The translations under genes were made by a program, and so were the position numbers. 64,000 bases of DNA, taken from NCBI GenBank assembly GCA_019636385.1, contig JAHBXT010000005.1, positions 215,925-279,924 on the forward strand, in the 5' to 3' direction. This DNA is from Pirellulaceae bacterium. GTDB lineage: Bacteria > Planctomycetota > Planctomycetia > Pirellulales > Pirellulaceae. How positions within the stretch are numbered: position 1 is the first letter of the stretch; each line of letters begins with the position of its first letter. Below, one piece after another: positions 29,690-39,703 of the stretch. The notes beneath the pieces were generated by a model, which saw only the letters and a program-made list of their open reading frames with translations, was not told where the DNA came from and ran no database searches.

Positions 29690-31030
29690 TTATGTAGCTG
29701 GTGATTGTTCGGCTAATAGCCTTAATTGTTCGGTAGTGGCTTGCCACGCGGCGCAGTCGCGAGCCGGTTGGCTGAGGAATTGTTCGATGGCCGGCCTCAG
29801 CGTGATAGCGTGATCCACGATCAGGTTGGAGCCGCGTTGATAGGCACCGATGGTGATCATGTCTTCATTGGCAGCGTAGACACTCATCAAATTGCGAATC
29901 TGTTGGCAGTAGCCCAGGTGTTCTTGGTTGACCAAGTGAGTTTGTAGTCGGCTGAGGCTGGCCAAGATGTCCAACGCTGGATAGCGCGCTTGATGAGCGA
30001 TCTTGCGCGAGAGCACGAAGTGGCCGTCCAGTAGGCCTCGCAATGTATCGCTGATCGGTTCGTTGGTGTCATCGCCCTCGACTAACACGGTGTATATGCC
30101 AGTGATCGATCCTTGAGGACCCATGCCGGATCGTTCGACCAATCGAGGCAGCATGCTAAAAACGCTGGGCGGATAACCCCGCGTGGTGGGTGCTTCCCCA
30201 GCAGACAAGCCGATTTCGCGCTGCGCCGTGGCAAATCGTGTAACTGAGTCCATCAACAACAGTACATGCTTACCGCTGTCGCGAAAGTATTCGGCCACTG
30301 CTGTGGCAGCCATTGCGGCTTGTACGCGGCGCAGGGCCGGTTGATCGCTGGTGGCCACAATGGTCACGCAGCGTTTGCGCGATTGCGGATCCAATTCGCG
30401 CTGTAGATATTCTTGAACTTCGCGGCCTCGTTCGCCCACCAGTCCAATCACAATCACATCGGCATCGGTGCCGCGCGCCATCATGCCCAGCAGCGTACTT
30501 TTGCCGACACCTGAGCCAGCGAAGATTCCGATGCGCTGTCCACGTCCGAGCGTTAGCAGCGCATCGATGGCGCGTACGCCCGTGGTCAATACGCGGTCAA
30601 TGGGCGGTCGCTGCATGGCGGGTACAGGATCGGCATCCAGGGGTGCTCGACCAGTTGCCTGTGGTTGAGGCTGACCATCGATTGCCCGTCCGGCTGCGTC
30701 GAACACTCGACCCAACATTTCAGGACCGACGGGGATAGTGATGGACGATTCGACCAATCGCACACGATCGCCTGGCGAGATGCCTTCAGCCCCATCCAAC
30801 GGGGCCAGCAGTGTGATTGCACCGGCGAATCCGATAACTTCTGCGTCCAAGCTGCCACGACCTCGACGAGATATCTGGCACAGCGCTCCCATGGGCACCG
30901 GCAAGGCCACGGCTTCGATCGCATTGCGACCGACTGACCAGATGGTGCCCTCGATGCCGCTGCTGACGGACTTGTCCAAAGCGCGATGCAGTCGCTGCCT
31001 GTCCATGAGTGCCGGTAATGCTGATGCCAT
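29690..31030 (-). CDS. fliI: Flagellar export ATPase
   Basis: GIFAGSGVGKST, LIGLVGERGREV, DSVTRFA..QREIG, RGYPPS, DGHFVLSR. Confidence 0.96.
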   Translation of the reverse strand: MASALPALMDRQRLHRALDKSVSSGIEGTIWSVGRNAIEAVALPVPMGALCQISRRGRGSLDAEVIGFAGAITLLAPLDGAEGISPGDRVRLVESSITIPVGPEMLGRVFDAAGRAIDGQPQPQATGRAPLDADPVPAMQRPPIDRVLTTGVRAIDALLTLGRGQRIGIFAGSGVGKSTLLGMMARGTDADVIVIGLVGERGREVQEYLQRELDPQSRKRCVTIVATSDQPALRRVQAAMAATAVAEYFRDSGKHVLLLMDSVTRFATAQREIGLSAGEAPTTRGYPPSVFSMLPRLVERSGMGPQGSITGIYTVLVEGDDTNEPISDTLRGLLDGHFVLSRKIAHQARYPALDILASLSRLQTHLVNQEHLGYCQQIRNLMSVYAANEDMITIGAYQRGSNLIVDHAITLRPAIEQFLSQPARDCAAWQATTEQLRLLAEQSPAT

Positions 31031-31045
31031 CGCGGTCTCCTGGAG

Positions 31046-31723
31046 TTAGCCCGATAGTTGAGCTGTCAGACGCAGTAACTGAGTCTGGAGTTGTTGGTCG
31101 ATCTGTCCATGCTGCGATTTGGCGATGCAGCCGCCGGGTTCGACTTGGGGGTCTGGTGTAACTTCAATGGCCCCCGCGTGGGGCATGGTCTGAATCAGGT
31201 TCTGCAAAAACCTACCGGCCACGGCAAAGTCGTCTGGATGAACCAACACGCGTATCTCGCGCTGGTCGCGGAGTGCCACGATGGCTTCTTCCATCCAGAC
31301 ACGCAACAGCTCCTGGTCAACGGCCATTTCGCGGCGTATCAGTTTCTCGGCAATCTTGGCAGACAGTTCGACCGTTTGATCACGCCACCGGGCCAGCCAC
31401 TGACTAGTTTCCGAGGTCAGCTTATCGACACTCTTTTGACACGCGGCAATGGCGGTGCGACAGCGCTGGTCGCTCAGTTTGCCAGCTCGCTCCTCAATTT
31501 GTCGTTCGACTTCAGCTTGTGCGGCTGTCAAGCCATCCTTGCGAGCTTGTTCCTTGATTTGCTGGGCCTGAGTGTGAGCTTCCGCCAGAATCTCGTCCGC
31601 CCGTTGTTGAATTTCGGCTAGATAGTCTTGAGCCCGTGACTGCACATCTTGGACGTTAAATGCAATCGGAATGGCGGTTGTCTTGCCGCGTTGAAGCGTG
31701 TCGGGTTTGAGTACAGAGGCCAT
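31046..31723 (-). CDS. fliH: Flagellar assembly protein FliH
   Basis: AxxxA helix, RVLVHPDD, DPQVEPGGCI; directly upstream of fliI. Confidence 0.88.
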   Translation of the reverse strand: MASVLKPDTLQRGKTTAIPIAFNVQDVQSRAQDYLAEIQQRADEILAEAHTQAQQIKEQARKDGLTAAQAEVERQIEERAGKLSDQRCRTAIAACQKSVDKLTSETSQWLARWRDQTVELSAKIAEKLIRREMAVDQELLRVWMEEAIVALRDQREIRVLVHPDDFAVAGRFLQNLIQTMPHAGAIEVTPDPQVEPGGCIAKSQHGQIDQQLQTQLLRLTAQLSG

Positions 31724-31762
31724 CGTGGAGTATGCCGTGAATGCTGGTGGCTGAGGTTGTTA

Positions 31763-33136
31763 CTATGCAGCTCGAGTGGCTAGAGACGTATTCTGTCGCA
31801 GCAACTGGTAAGCGGCGAGCACTCGTTGTTGAGCCTGATCGATCTCACGCAGGTGAACCGGTCCAATTTTACGCAGGCGCCCATCCAACATGCGCGCATC
31901 AGCCGGTTCCAGCAGGTTGTAAAACCGTTTCATAAACTCAGGCGACGCACCCGCCAGTGCAAGCAGAACGGTTCGTGAATCAAGGCTGCTGAGCAATACC
32001 GCTAATTGCTCGGGTGGCAGATTGAGGATTCTCTCGAATTCAGCCGGCACCGTCGTCGCATCACGAGACATGTGCTGAGGACTGCTATTCTGACTGGTGG
32101 TTCTGCGAGGCTCGAAGGGTAAGATTCGCGGTAGGTCGCCTGATGCATGCGCGGAATCGATAGCAGCATTGGCAGCCCGTGACTGGTTGGCTGAAGCTGG
32201 CGATCCATCAATGTTGTTTGACTCGGGATGTCCCGAAGTTTGGCCGGAAGTTGGAAATGCGGACAGGTTGGCGGATGCTGCTACGTGACTTGGTTTTGCA
32301 GCGGTTGACCATTGCGCATCGCTGGTGGTGATGCTGGCACTGCTATACAGCTGGTCGAGCGTCGCGGTAGTCGCTTTGGTCGAATTGGCTGGAATACCGC
32401 TTTCGTTTCCGTGGGGATGAAGCCAATCGGACCACTGCTCACGCAGTTGGCTAGGTGCGGCAGCCAATAGGTCGTTGATCTTACGGTTGCTCTGTTGCTG
32501 GCTGTCGATTTTGTGCTGATACTCGCTCAGGCTCTGCGCCAGATGTTCGTCAATCGCTTGCATGGCGGCCGGGTCAATTTCTTCAATGCTTCCCAAGCAG
32601 CTCAATACTTCACGAGTCACGCTGCGCGGAAGATGCTGCAACAAACTGACCCCCTTGGCAGCCGGCAATTGATGAACGATTACCGCGATAACTCGCGGGC
32701 GTTCGTGTTTAACAAATCCCAGCAGAGCTTGAATGCTCATGGCAGTCCACGCCGGTGCACTGCGGGCTGCTTGGCTTTCAGAATTCAGCGGCAGATTGTC
32801 GGCTGTCATTGGAGAGACGGCAGCCGAGACGGTATCTGACTGAAAACTCTGTTGCTCAGGCGTGTTGGTGATGTCCAACAGGGAATTGCTGACAGGGGCT
32901 GGTTTGGAACTGGCTACCGTGTTCACAGCTTGCGACTTCTGGAACTCGGCCAACAGAGCGCGGCGTTCTTCCGGTGGTATCGGTCCAAGGTTAGCCGCCA
33001 ACGTGCGAATCGCGCGCGCCGTCTCCGAGGGCAAGCTGAGTAGCAATTGACGCGCGGCAGCCTGGTCGATGCTGGCTACCAGCACGGCAATCTGACGTAA
33101 GCGGCTTTCAGACGTGGACGTGGTCATTCCTGCCAA
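31763..33136 (-). CDS. Divergent FliG-like protein
   Basis: FliG N-, M- (HERPRVIAVIV) and C-like (LLALAGAS..IGPVHLREIDQAQQRV) segments separated by low-complexity inserts. Confidence 0.75.
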   Translation of the reverse strand: MAGMTTSTSESRLRQIAVLVASIDQAAARQLLLSLPSETARAIRTLAANLGPIPPEERRALLAEFQKSQAVNTVASSKPAPVSNSLLDITNTPEQQSFQSDTVSAAVSPMTADNLPLNSESQAARSAPAWTAMSIQALLGFVKHERPRVIAVIVHQLPAAKGVSLLQHLPRSVTREVLSCLGSIEEIDPAAMQAIDEHLAQSLSEYQHKIDSQQQSNRKINDLLAAAPSQLREQWSDWLHPHGNESGIPANSTKATTATLDQLYSSASITTSDAQWSTAAKPSHVAASANLSAFPTSGQTSGHPESNNIDGSPASANQSRAANAAIDSAHASGDLPRILPFEPRRTTSQNSSPQHMSRDATTVPAEFERILNLPPEQLAVLLSSLDSRTVLLALAGASPEFMKRFYNLLEPADARMLDGRLRKIGPVHLREIDQAQQRVLAAYQLLRQNTSLATRAA

Positions 33137-33160
33137 ACATGCATCGAGCGAGTCATTGAA

Positions 33161-34609
33161 CTATTGAATCTTGAATTTGATATCAGCCTGTCCGAACTTG
33201 CGGCCCTTCAGGTCTTCCACTGTCAATTTGAGGGTATAGTCACCGGCGTCTATGTTAGGTGGCATGTAGATGCGATATGCGATGAAGTAATCACGCCGTC
33301 GATTGCGGCAGACATGTGTGTCCAGTGGCAACAACTGATCCGCCACTCGCTTGCCTGAGGCATCGACGATCTCATAACTGCCCTGAAGTTGTGTTTCAAA
33401 GCCTTGCCCAGAAGCGTTCTTTTCACACGCGAAATTGTCCAGCTCGCAGTACAACAACACTTCTTGGTCGGCAGTGAAGTGGTAATTCGGGAATCGAGTG
33501 GTGACTCCAAAACTCTCGACTTCGGTGCAGAACGTGACGTTGTTTACTTCTAGGTTGCTAAGCGCTGTCAGATAGTCGTGTGCCTTGCGTTGATTCAACA
33601 TCACCAACGACCAGCGGCGACTGCTGACTGGATTGCCTTCGGGATCTGCTGCATCAAATAGTGCCGACAATTGGTAGTTAAAGTAGTCCTGCTCGCCGGG
33701 TTGCAAGCTGTCAATCTTTCTCAACATCTGCTCGCGGTCGCCCAGTGCCAGTGCCAAGAGTCGGGAAATGATTGCCCTGCGATTCCGCTCTTGGGGCCGA
33801 GCGCTTAGGCTATCGTCGCCAGATCGGTTCAACTGTTCGATCGCTAATCGCAGATGCTGTTCCCAATCCAATTCTGCTGATGCTGATGGAGACACTGGAC
33901 TGTCGTCAGACGTGTAGCGACTTTCTTTGATGGCTGACGCAGGTACAGCTTCGGCGGTTGTCTCAGCCGCATTGACTGTGGCAGCTTCAATCACGGCAGC
34001 TTCAACTACCGCTGCTGGTGGCTGATTGAAAGATGCGGTTTGAACCACCGGAGTGGTTGACGACGCTTGTTGTCTGGCTGGTCGTGAAACTTCGGATGGT
34101 TGGCGATTGTCAGCGGTCGACCTTGTATCGGGCTTGGACTCTGAAGCATGAGCAGACTGCACAGGTGCCGGAGGTTGCTCGCTGCTGCGTTGCAGGGCGA
34201 ATTGTGTACGCTGTAGCAATTGCTGGTGAGCGATTGGAGAATCCTCTTCGTCATCGATTAGCTCTGAGTCCTGCTGGTCGTGGTCGGAGATCTGGTCCTG
34301 ATCGGAGATTCTGCGTTGAGCTGCCTGACCGGGGCGTCGCTGAGCGACTTGAGTCTTGCTGGACGATTTCGCCGGTGCGCTCGTAGTGGACTCAGAGGTC
34401 GGTGTAGGGTCGTCTCCCGCTCTCTCCAGCTCGAGCAAACGATCGAAGTCTGGCTGCTGGCGAAGTCCAGACAGCGGCGTGAGTGACGACCGACAGCCTC
34501 CAACAACGACAATTGCCCCAATCAGCCAAATGCCAGTTGGTACGTACTGGATCACGGTTCGTGCAACGGAGGTCCAGTGCCCGGCGAGGCGGCAAGGGAT
34601 GGTAATCAT
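33161..34609 (-). CDS. Hypothetical lipoprotein with C-terminal beta-sandwich domain
   Basis: VVVGGC lipobox; disordered middle; FCTEVESFG..EVLLYCELDNF..GDYTLKLTVEDL. Confidence 0.75.
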   Translation of the reverse strand: MITIPCRLAGHWTSVARTVIQYVPTGIWLIGAIVVVGGCRSSLTPLSGLRQQPDFDRLLELERAGDDPTPTSESTTSAPAKSSSKTQVAQRRPGQAAQRRISDQDQISDHDQQDSELIDDEEDSPIAHQQLLQRTQFALQRSSEQPPAPVQSAHASESKPDTRSTADNRQPSEVSRPARQQASSTTPVVQTASFNQPPAAVVEAAVIEAATVNAAETTAEAVPASAIKESRYTSDDSPVSPSASAELDWEQHLRLAIEQLNRSGDDSLSARPQERNRRAIISRLLALALGDREQMLRKIDSLQPGEQDYFNYQLSALFDAADPEGNPVSSRRWSLVMLNQRKAHDYLTALSNLEVNNVTFCTEVESFGVTTRFPNYHFTADQEVLLYCELDNFACEKNASGQGFETQLQGSYEIVDASGKRVADQLLPLDTHVCRNRRRDYFIAYRIYMPPNIDAGDYTLKLTVEDLKGRKFGQADIKFKIQ

Positions 34610-34713
34610 CTGCGCGGCTTCCTTGACTCAATATGAATGACTGCTGGCAAACGCCGACGGATCGTAGGATAAGTGCGCCAGAGTAACAAGCTAAAATGGG
34701 CAATCTCATCAGC

Positions 34714-35715
34714 TCAGTAGCGAACTGAATTTCCCTCGGAAGTAGCAGCGCTTCCCAAGGGTGGCAGGTAGAGTTTGGTTTCTTCACGCGTTTCCTGTAG
34801 TTGCAGGTTGTCTCCAGCGGCCAGGCGGAACCATTCGGGGTCCAACTGTTGGCTGGTCAGCACAGTGGGAGCATCCCATTCGGTAACTACGCGCAGTTTG
34901 ACTTTATCTTGCGGTTTGGGAAGGCTCCACTGCTCGACCTGGTACAGCCAAAACGGCATGGCGCTTTCGGTGTGGCCGATAGCTACCGATGCCTGAGTTG
35001 GCAGCATTTCGGCGCTGGCGTCGTGAAGTCGCAAATCGACTTGGGCTTGTGAGCCGTCGTCCAGTGGCTCTTCAGTACGTTGTCCCTTCAGCCACCACAC
35101 TTTTTGTTGACCGAGTTGGCCTTCAGAGATGTCGAGCCACTGATATTGCTGGATCAATCGCCGCAGCAATTCGGCTTGACCGCCAATGGCCAAGTACATG
35201 GCAACTGTCGGATTATGCAGCGACTGGGAAGTGATCGACAGCCGTTCACGGACTTTACCTAGGTCGACCTGCGAGCGCATCGAATGTTTTCCGATGGAGA
35301 CGATGGTTGATAGCAATTCTCCGTCGCTGATTTGAATGAGAGAACTCATTTGATCACCAGCCGGAACTTGTAGGCTCAGCCGCAGCTTGCCGCTACCCTG
35401 CCCTACTCGGACGAACTTGCCGAAGCCTACTCGCGACTTGCTGTACATGCGTGTCGTCTGACGCAAATCGCAAATCGCCGGTTTGCCCCAGACTGCGTCC
35501 AATAGACAGCGATGTAGAACTTGAGTGGCAATTTCCCGAGATGCCGGGGAGTACGACGGGGATTCAGCGGAAGAGGGTGGAAGAAGGCCTTCCTCGTCGG
35601 CAAAGCAGCCGTTTCCGCTCAAACAACAGACGGATATTACAAGCCAAGCCCGCCGCACCAATCGTCGTGGCAGGCCATGATTGCACGCATTTCGACTTGG
35701 CAATCTGTTCCACAT
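34714..35715 (-). CDS. Exported hypothetical protein, possibly LolA/RseB-like fold
   Basis: Signal-like N-terminus; beta-rich body; C-terminal EWDAP..LDPEWFRL. Confidence 0.65.
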   Translation of the reverse strand: MWNRLPSRNACNHGLPRRLVRRAWLVISVCCLSGNGCFADEEGLLPPSSAESPSYSPASREIATQVLHRCLLDAVWGKPAICDLRQTTRMYSKSRVGFGKFVRVGQGSGKLRLSLQVPAGDQMSSLIQISDGELLSTIVSIGKHSMRSQVDLGKVRERLSITSQSLHNPTVAMYLAIGGQAELLRRLIQQYQWLDISEGQLGQQKVWWLKGQRTEEPLDDGSQAQVDLRLHDASAEMLPTQASVAIGHTESAMPFWLYQVEQWSLPKPQDKVKLRVVTEWDAPTVLTSQQLDPEWFRLAAGDNLQLQETREETKLYLPPLGSAATSEGNSVRY

Positions 35716-36017
35716 GGATGGGTTATAGCGAATTTATCAAAGAAATCGGTGGGAATGTACCGAACATAAGCCACATCGGCTGTGTTGCTGTGCAGTGCCT
35801 CGCAATGCGCGGTGTGCCGCAGTCAATCGGTTGTGGGGAACTGCGGAGCACAAGTCGGACCGGATAGTACGGTACCGACGCTAAGAATGTCCAGTCGAAT
35901 TGCCTGTGGGGCACGGCTGGAGACCTCGAAAATACAACAAAAGCCTACTCGGGATCAAAATGTTCGTAGGCCGATCGTGGCTCAAAAGTCACATCGTGCC
36001 ACAGCAAGGAGCAAAGC

Positions 36018-37247
36018 ATGAGAGTGCGTCTGAACCTGACTCTAGCCGCAATCGTCTTGGGCAGCCTGGTCGGCTGTGCGTCAACGGCGCGACATAATCT
36101 ACCGTCCGCCCAGCAATTGCTCGAACCCGGCCCAGGAGTAGGTGGTCCCGGTCCTGGTGTGATGGGAGCTGAAATCGCTGCGATGGCAGGTGGTCAGCTG
36201 GCTGCATACGGTGGTATGGGCGGGGATGTTATTCCCGCCTCGCACGCCTGCTCCTCAGGCTGCTGTGGCTCAGGCGACGGCGTAGCTTCTGGCGGTATGA
36301 TGGCTGGCATGATGCCTGGATCGGCCAACATCCAAGTGCTGTTCAGCAATCCCGACGGAATGCAAATTCACTTCGACAGTATTGGCGATGGCAGCTTTGG
36401 CAGCCAACCGCTGTACGTTCCAGGTCGTTTGGAATTTCCCCAAGGCGGAATCTTCCGTTTGAAACTAACCAACATCGTTGGTCTTGAGGGCGTTGAACTG
36501 TACCCCACGCTGGAGGTTGCGGCCGGCAACATTCGCACTGCAGCCTATCTGGCGCACAACGCCATACCCGTTCAGTTCACACAGGACGATTTCCAGTTCG
36601 TCATCGGCGGCAATTTCGTCACCAAGGTGATCTACCTGCCAGATCCAGAATATCAAGGCGACGCACTGGCCGGTGTGGGAGTCATGTCCAGCAACCGTTT
36701 GGAGCCCGGACTTGATCCAATTGTCGAAGCTGATCGTCGCGGTGCGATCCTGGCGATTGTGCGTATCGGCAACAAGGACATTGAAATGTCCAATCAGAAC
36801 GGTGGTTTGCCGATGATGACAGCCGCTATGATCGCTGGGGCTGGTGGGCCCAATGGTTGCCTGATGATGGGCGGCGTGCCAACTTCGCTGCCCGGATACG
36901 TGGCGGGAGTCACTGGACCGCAGTATGGTATGACCTACTCGGGAACGCCGATTGGCCTACCTGGTCCTCCACATATCCCGTTGGGTACTCCGGCTGGTCT
37001 GCAAAAGCACACCATTCGCAATACGACTCACACACACATTCCTGACCCGGTCAGTCACGTTCAAGTCAACGTGCGTCAGACGCCGGGAGTCAGTTATCCG
37101 AACCCACCCAGCCACGTCAAGATTCGTGAGCAGAACATTCATCCCGGAGTTCCCACCGGTATGCCGCTTTACATGAGGCATAGCCAGAACGTTGGGCCTG
37201 ATATGGGGGCTCAGTCGGGCATGGGTGGCGGAGCTGGAGCGTACTGA
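36018..37247 (+). CDS. Hypothetical lipoprotein, G/P/M-rich ends around a conserved core
   Basis: LGSLVGC lipobox; core FRLKLTNI.GLEGVELYPTLEV..IPVQFTQDD..VTKVIYL..LAIVRIG. Confidence 0.8.
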   Translation: MRVRLNLTLAAIVLGSLVGCASTARHNLPSAQQLLEPGPGVGGPGPGVMGAEIAAMAGGQLAAYGGMGGDVIPASHACSSGCCGSGDGVASGGMMAGMMPGSANIQVLFSNPDGMQIHFDSIGDGSFGSQPLYVPGRLEFPQGGIFRLKLTNIVGLEGVELYPTLEVAAGNIRTAAYLAHNAIPVQFTQDDFQFVIGGNFVTKVIYLPDPEYQGDALAGVGVMSSNRLEPGLDPIVEADRRGAILAIVRIGNKDIEMSNQNGGLPMMTAAMIAGAGGPNGCLMMGGVPTSLPGYVAGVTGPQYGMTYSGTPIGLPGPPHIPLGTPAGLQKHTIRNTTHTHIPDPVSHVQVNVRQTPGVSYPNPPSHVKIREQNIHPGVPTGMPLYMRHSQNVGPDMGAQSGMGGGAGAY

Positions 37248-37409
37248 CAGTCCAGGCCCAACAAACGTGGTGATCACAAGTTGCCACCTGCGATTGACGA
37301 GTTACTCGCGGTTGTCGGTGGCACTGTAGCCAAGCTGTCCACAACGAACAGCAGGCAGGTCAATCAACTTCGTCCAGGCTGGCAAGCGAGCTGCGAAAGA
37401 ACTAGGGAC

Positions 37410-38288
37410 ATGCGGATGAGCCAAGGTAAACCAGCGACGGGCGCCGGCTGGCTGATCCATTTCGCGATTCGGGGTTTGCGAACAGTGGCCGCCAGCGGCG
37501 TCATCGTTTGTTGCGTGGCGCTGGCCGGTCCGCTATCAGCTCAGCAGTCTAACCTGCGGGGTACAGGACACGCGTTGCTCAGTGCATCTGCGCCGCCTGG
37601 AGTTGTCGCGGCAGCTCAGTGGGCCGGGGGAAAGCCGTCCGTAGGGACGTTGACTGCGGTTTCGATTGAAGGCCCGCCAGGTTTGAAGGTTGGCTTGGCC
37701 CGCGACGGTCAATTTTTAGCGCCGATCACCGCTCCAGTTACGACGGCGATGTTGGTTGGAGCAACATACCGCTTTCGCGTGACGAACATTCCGTATCGCG
37801 AAGGGCTAGAGCTGTTTCCCACTTTAGAGGTCATCGACCGAGTTTACAGCCCAGCTGGCCGGGAGCACCGCTTCCCCATTCCCGTAGTGTTAACCGAAGA
37901 AGATTTGGAACTCGCGTTGGATGGTGCCTTGGTGACGCGAGTGATCTACGTGGAAGATTCACACTCGGCCGCACCGTGGACAACTTTGCCTGGCCAGCAG
38001 ATGACTACAGACGTTAGTCCACGCGACAACGCATTGCACACAGCCGATCTCTTGGGCCGACCTGTGGCCATCCTACGCATCGGCTCGCGAGTCCCCAACG
38101 ATTTGGCGAATGATCTATCTGACTTCACCTGCGGGTGCCCACCCTGGTTGCCATTGCAGGTGGCTCCGAATCGCGACGCCATGATCAAGCAGGGGCGTTG
38201 GCCAGAAATGCAACCCGTGCAGCGGCCCGAAGCCATTTACTCCGAAGGTACCGGCGAAAATATTCCGCGCGTTCGACTACACGATTGA
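37410..38288 (+). CDS. Exported hypothetical protein, paralogue of the 36018-37247 core
   Basis: YRFRVTNIPYREGLELFPTLEV..IPVVLTEED..VTRVIYV..VAILRIG. Confidence 0.8.
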   Translation: MRMSQGKPATGAGWLIHFAIRGLRTVAASGVIVCCVALAGPLSAQQSNLRGTGHALLSASAPPGVVAAAQWAGGKPSVGTLTAVSIEGPPGLKVGLARDGQFLAPITAPVTTAMLVGATYRFRVTNIPYREGLELFPTLEVIDRVYSPAGREHRFPIPVVLTEEDLELALDGALVTRVIYVEDSHSAAPWTTLPGQQMTTDVSPRDNALHTADLLGRPVAILRIGSRVPNDLANDLSDFTCGCPPWLPLQVAPNRDAMIKQGRWPEMQPVQRPEAIYSEGTGENIPRVRLHD

Positions 38289-38316
38289 CCTGCGCTACTT
38301 ACGAGGCCTATGCGGC

Positions 38317-39654
38317 ATGTTGTATCGTTCATTAGCTAACAATAGACAGCGACTCAGCAATGGCGGCTTGATCGCGGGCGCTGTGAGTCTGTGCTGCGCG
38401 ATGGCGGGGTGTGGCGCGCTCAGCAGTTCGAAAAGAGCTAACGTCTTTGAAACAACTTCGCAGCTTACACAACCAGAGTCGATACAGTCTGCCGAAGGCT
38501 GTACGGCGGTCGCAAAGAGTAAAGCAGCGTGGGATTGCAAAATCGTCCAGGCCAGTTGTCAATGTCCCGCCGATAGTCCATTTGCTGAGGGTCAGGGTTG
38601 TCCAACGTCCGTAGATCGAGCTACGCATGCCAGAGGGTGCATTGGCAATCACCACCGCGGTCAGATTCCCGGTCCACCGTCTGGCGAAGGTAGCTACGTG
38701 TGCGGTCCAGCACCCGACGAAGGTTATTACGGCTACACGCCGATTGTTGACGAACAAGAGTATGTCTTTGATGGCGGAGATGGACAAGAACCGGCTGTTG
38801 CGCTTGAGGACTGGCGAGCGGCGGGAGTAGAAGCGACGGATACTGTCGCTTATTACCAAACTGAAGGGGGTAAAGTGTGCCTGCAGCCCTCCAATCGTGT
38901 CGCCGTGTATGCACCCCGATTCGGAGCGGTCAGACAAGTAACCGGAGCCGTGCTGGCAGAGAACGCGCAATCGACGGGAAGAGTCTACGCACCCGTAGTT
39001 GCCAGCGGTGTCGACGACCGCAATCCTGCTATTCAAGTGTCTGCGTCTCTGGGCACCATCGGTCGCAAGCAGGTACAACAACTGGATCGATTTGAAGAGC
39101 AACGTGCCAGCTTACCCTTGGAGTCGGCCTTGCCGGCACTGCCAGTTAGCGATGCCGTAGCGGCTTTGATGAATGTGGATGTTAATGTCGTAGATCGAGC
39201 TGCCCAGCGCGAGCGAGCCGATGTTCGGCAGGTTCGCGTACCAGTAGAAACCACATATCAACCCGAATCGCTAGTTGTGCTGGTGGACGACCAGCCCGTG
39301 CCCGTATTGCTCGGAAACAAGTCGCCCGCCGACGTTCATGTGTACGAAAATCCCGACAAGTGTGGTATCCGCTTGACCAAGTCAGCATCACATACCATGG
39401 CGGGTCCTGGCGATATTATTAGATTTACCATTCGTTACGAAAATATCAGCCCCGGTAAGCTTAATAAACTTGTCGTGTTGGATAGCCTGATGCCTCGGCT
39501 GGAGTATATTGAAGCAAGCCAACATAGCAGCGTCCGGGCAGGCTTCAAAGTCGAAGTCAACGAGGCCGGATCGAGTCTGCTGCGTTGGGAAATTGAGTCA
39601 ACCGTCCAGCCGCACGAAGGAGGAGTCATCAGTTTTGACTGTCGGGTGCGCTAG
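38317..39654 (+). CDS. DUF11 domain lipoprotein
   Basis: CAMAGC lipobox; C-terminal LTKSAS..GPGDIIRFTIRYEN..VLDSLMPRLEY..ISFDCRV. Confidence 0.82.
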   Translation: MLYRSLANNRQRLSNGGLIAGAVSLCCAMAGCGALSSSKRANVFETTSQLTQPESIQSAEGCTAVAKSKAAWDCKIVQASCQCPADSPFAEGQGCPTSVDRATHARGCIGNHHRGQIPGPPSGEGSYVCGPAPDEGYYGYTPIVDEQEYVFDGGDGQEPAVALEDWRAAGVEATDTVAYYQTEGGKVCLQPSNRVAVYAPRFGAVRQVTGAVLAENAQSTGRVYAPVVASGVDDRNPAIQVSASLGTIGRKQVQQLDRFEEQRASLPLESALPALPVSDAVAALMNVDVNVVDRAAQRERADVRQVRVPVETTYQPESLVVLVDDQPVPVLLGNKSPADVHVYENPDKCGIRLTKSASHTMAGPGDIIRFTIRYENISPGKLNKLVVLDSLMPRLEYIEASQHSSVRAGFKVEVNEAGSSLLRWEIESTVQPHEGGVISFDCRVR

Positions 39655-39703
39655 CCGGCCGGGTTGCGCGCCTAACTCTTCGTAAATGAATTAACGCCCA
39701 GCC

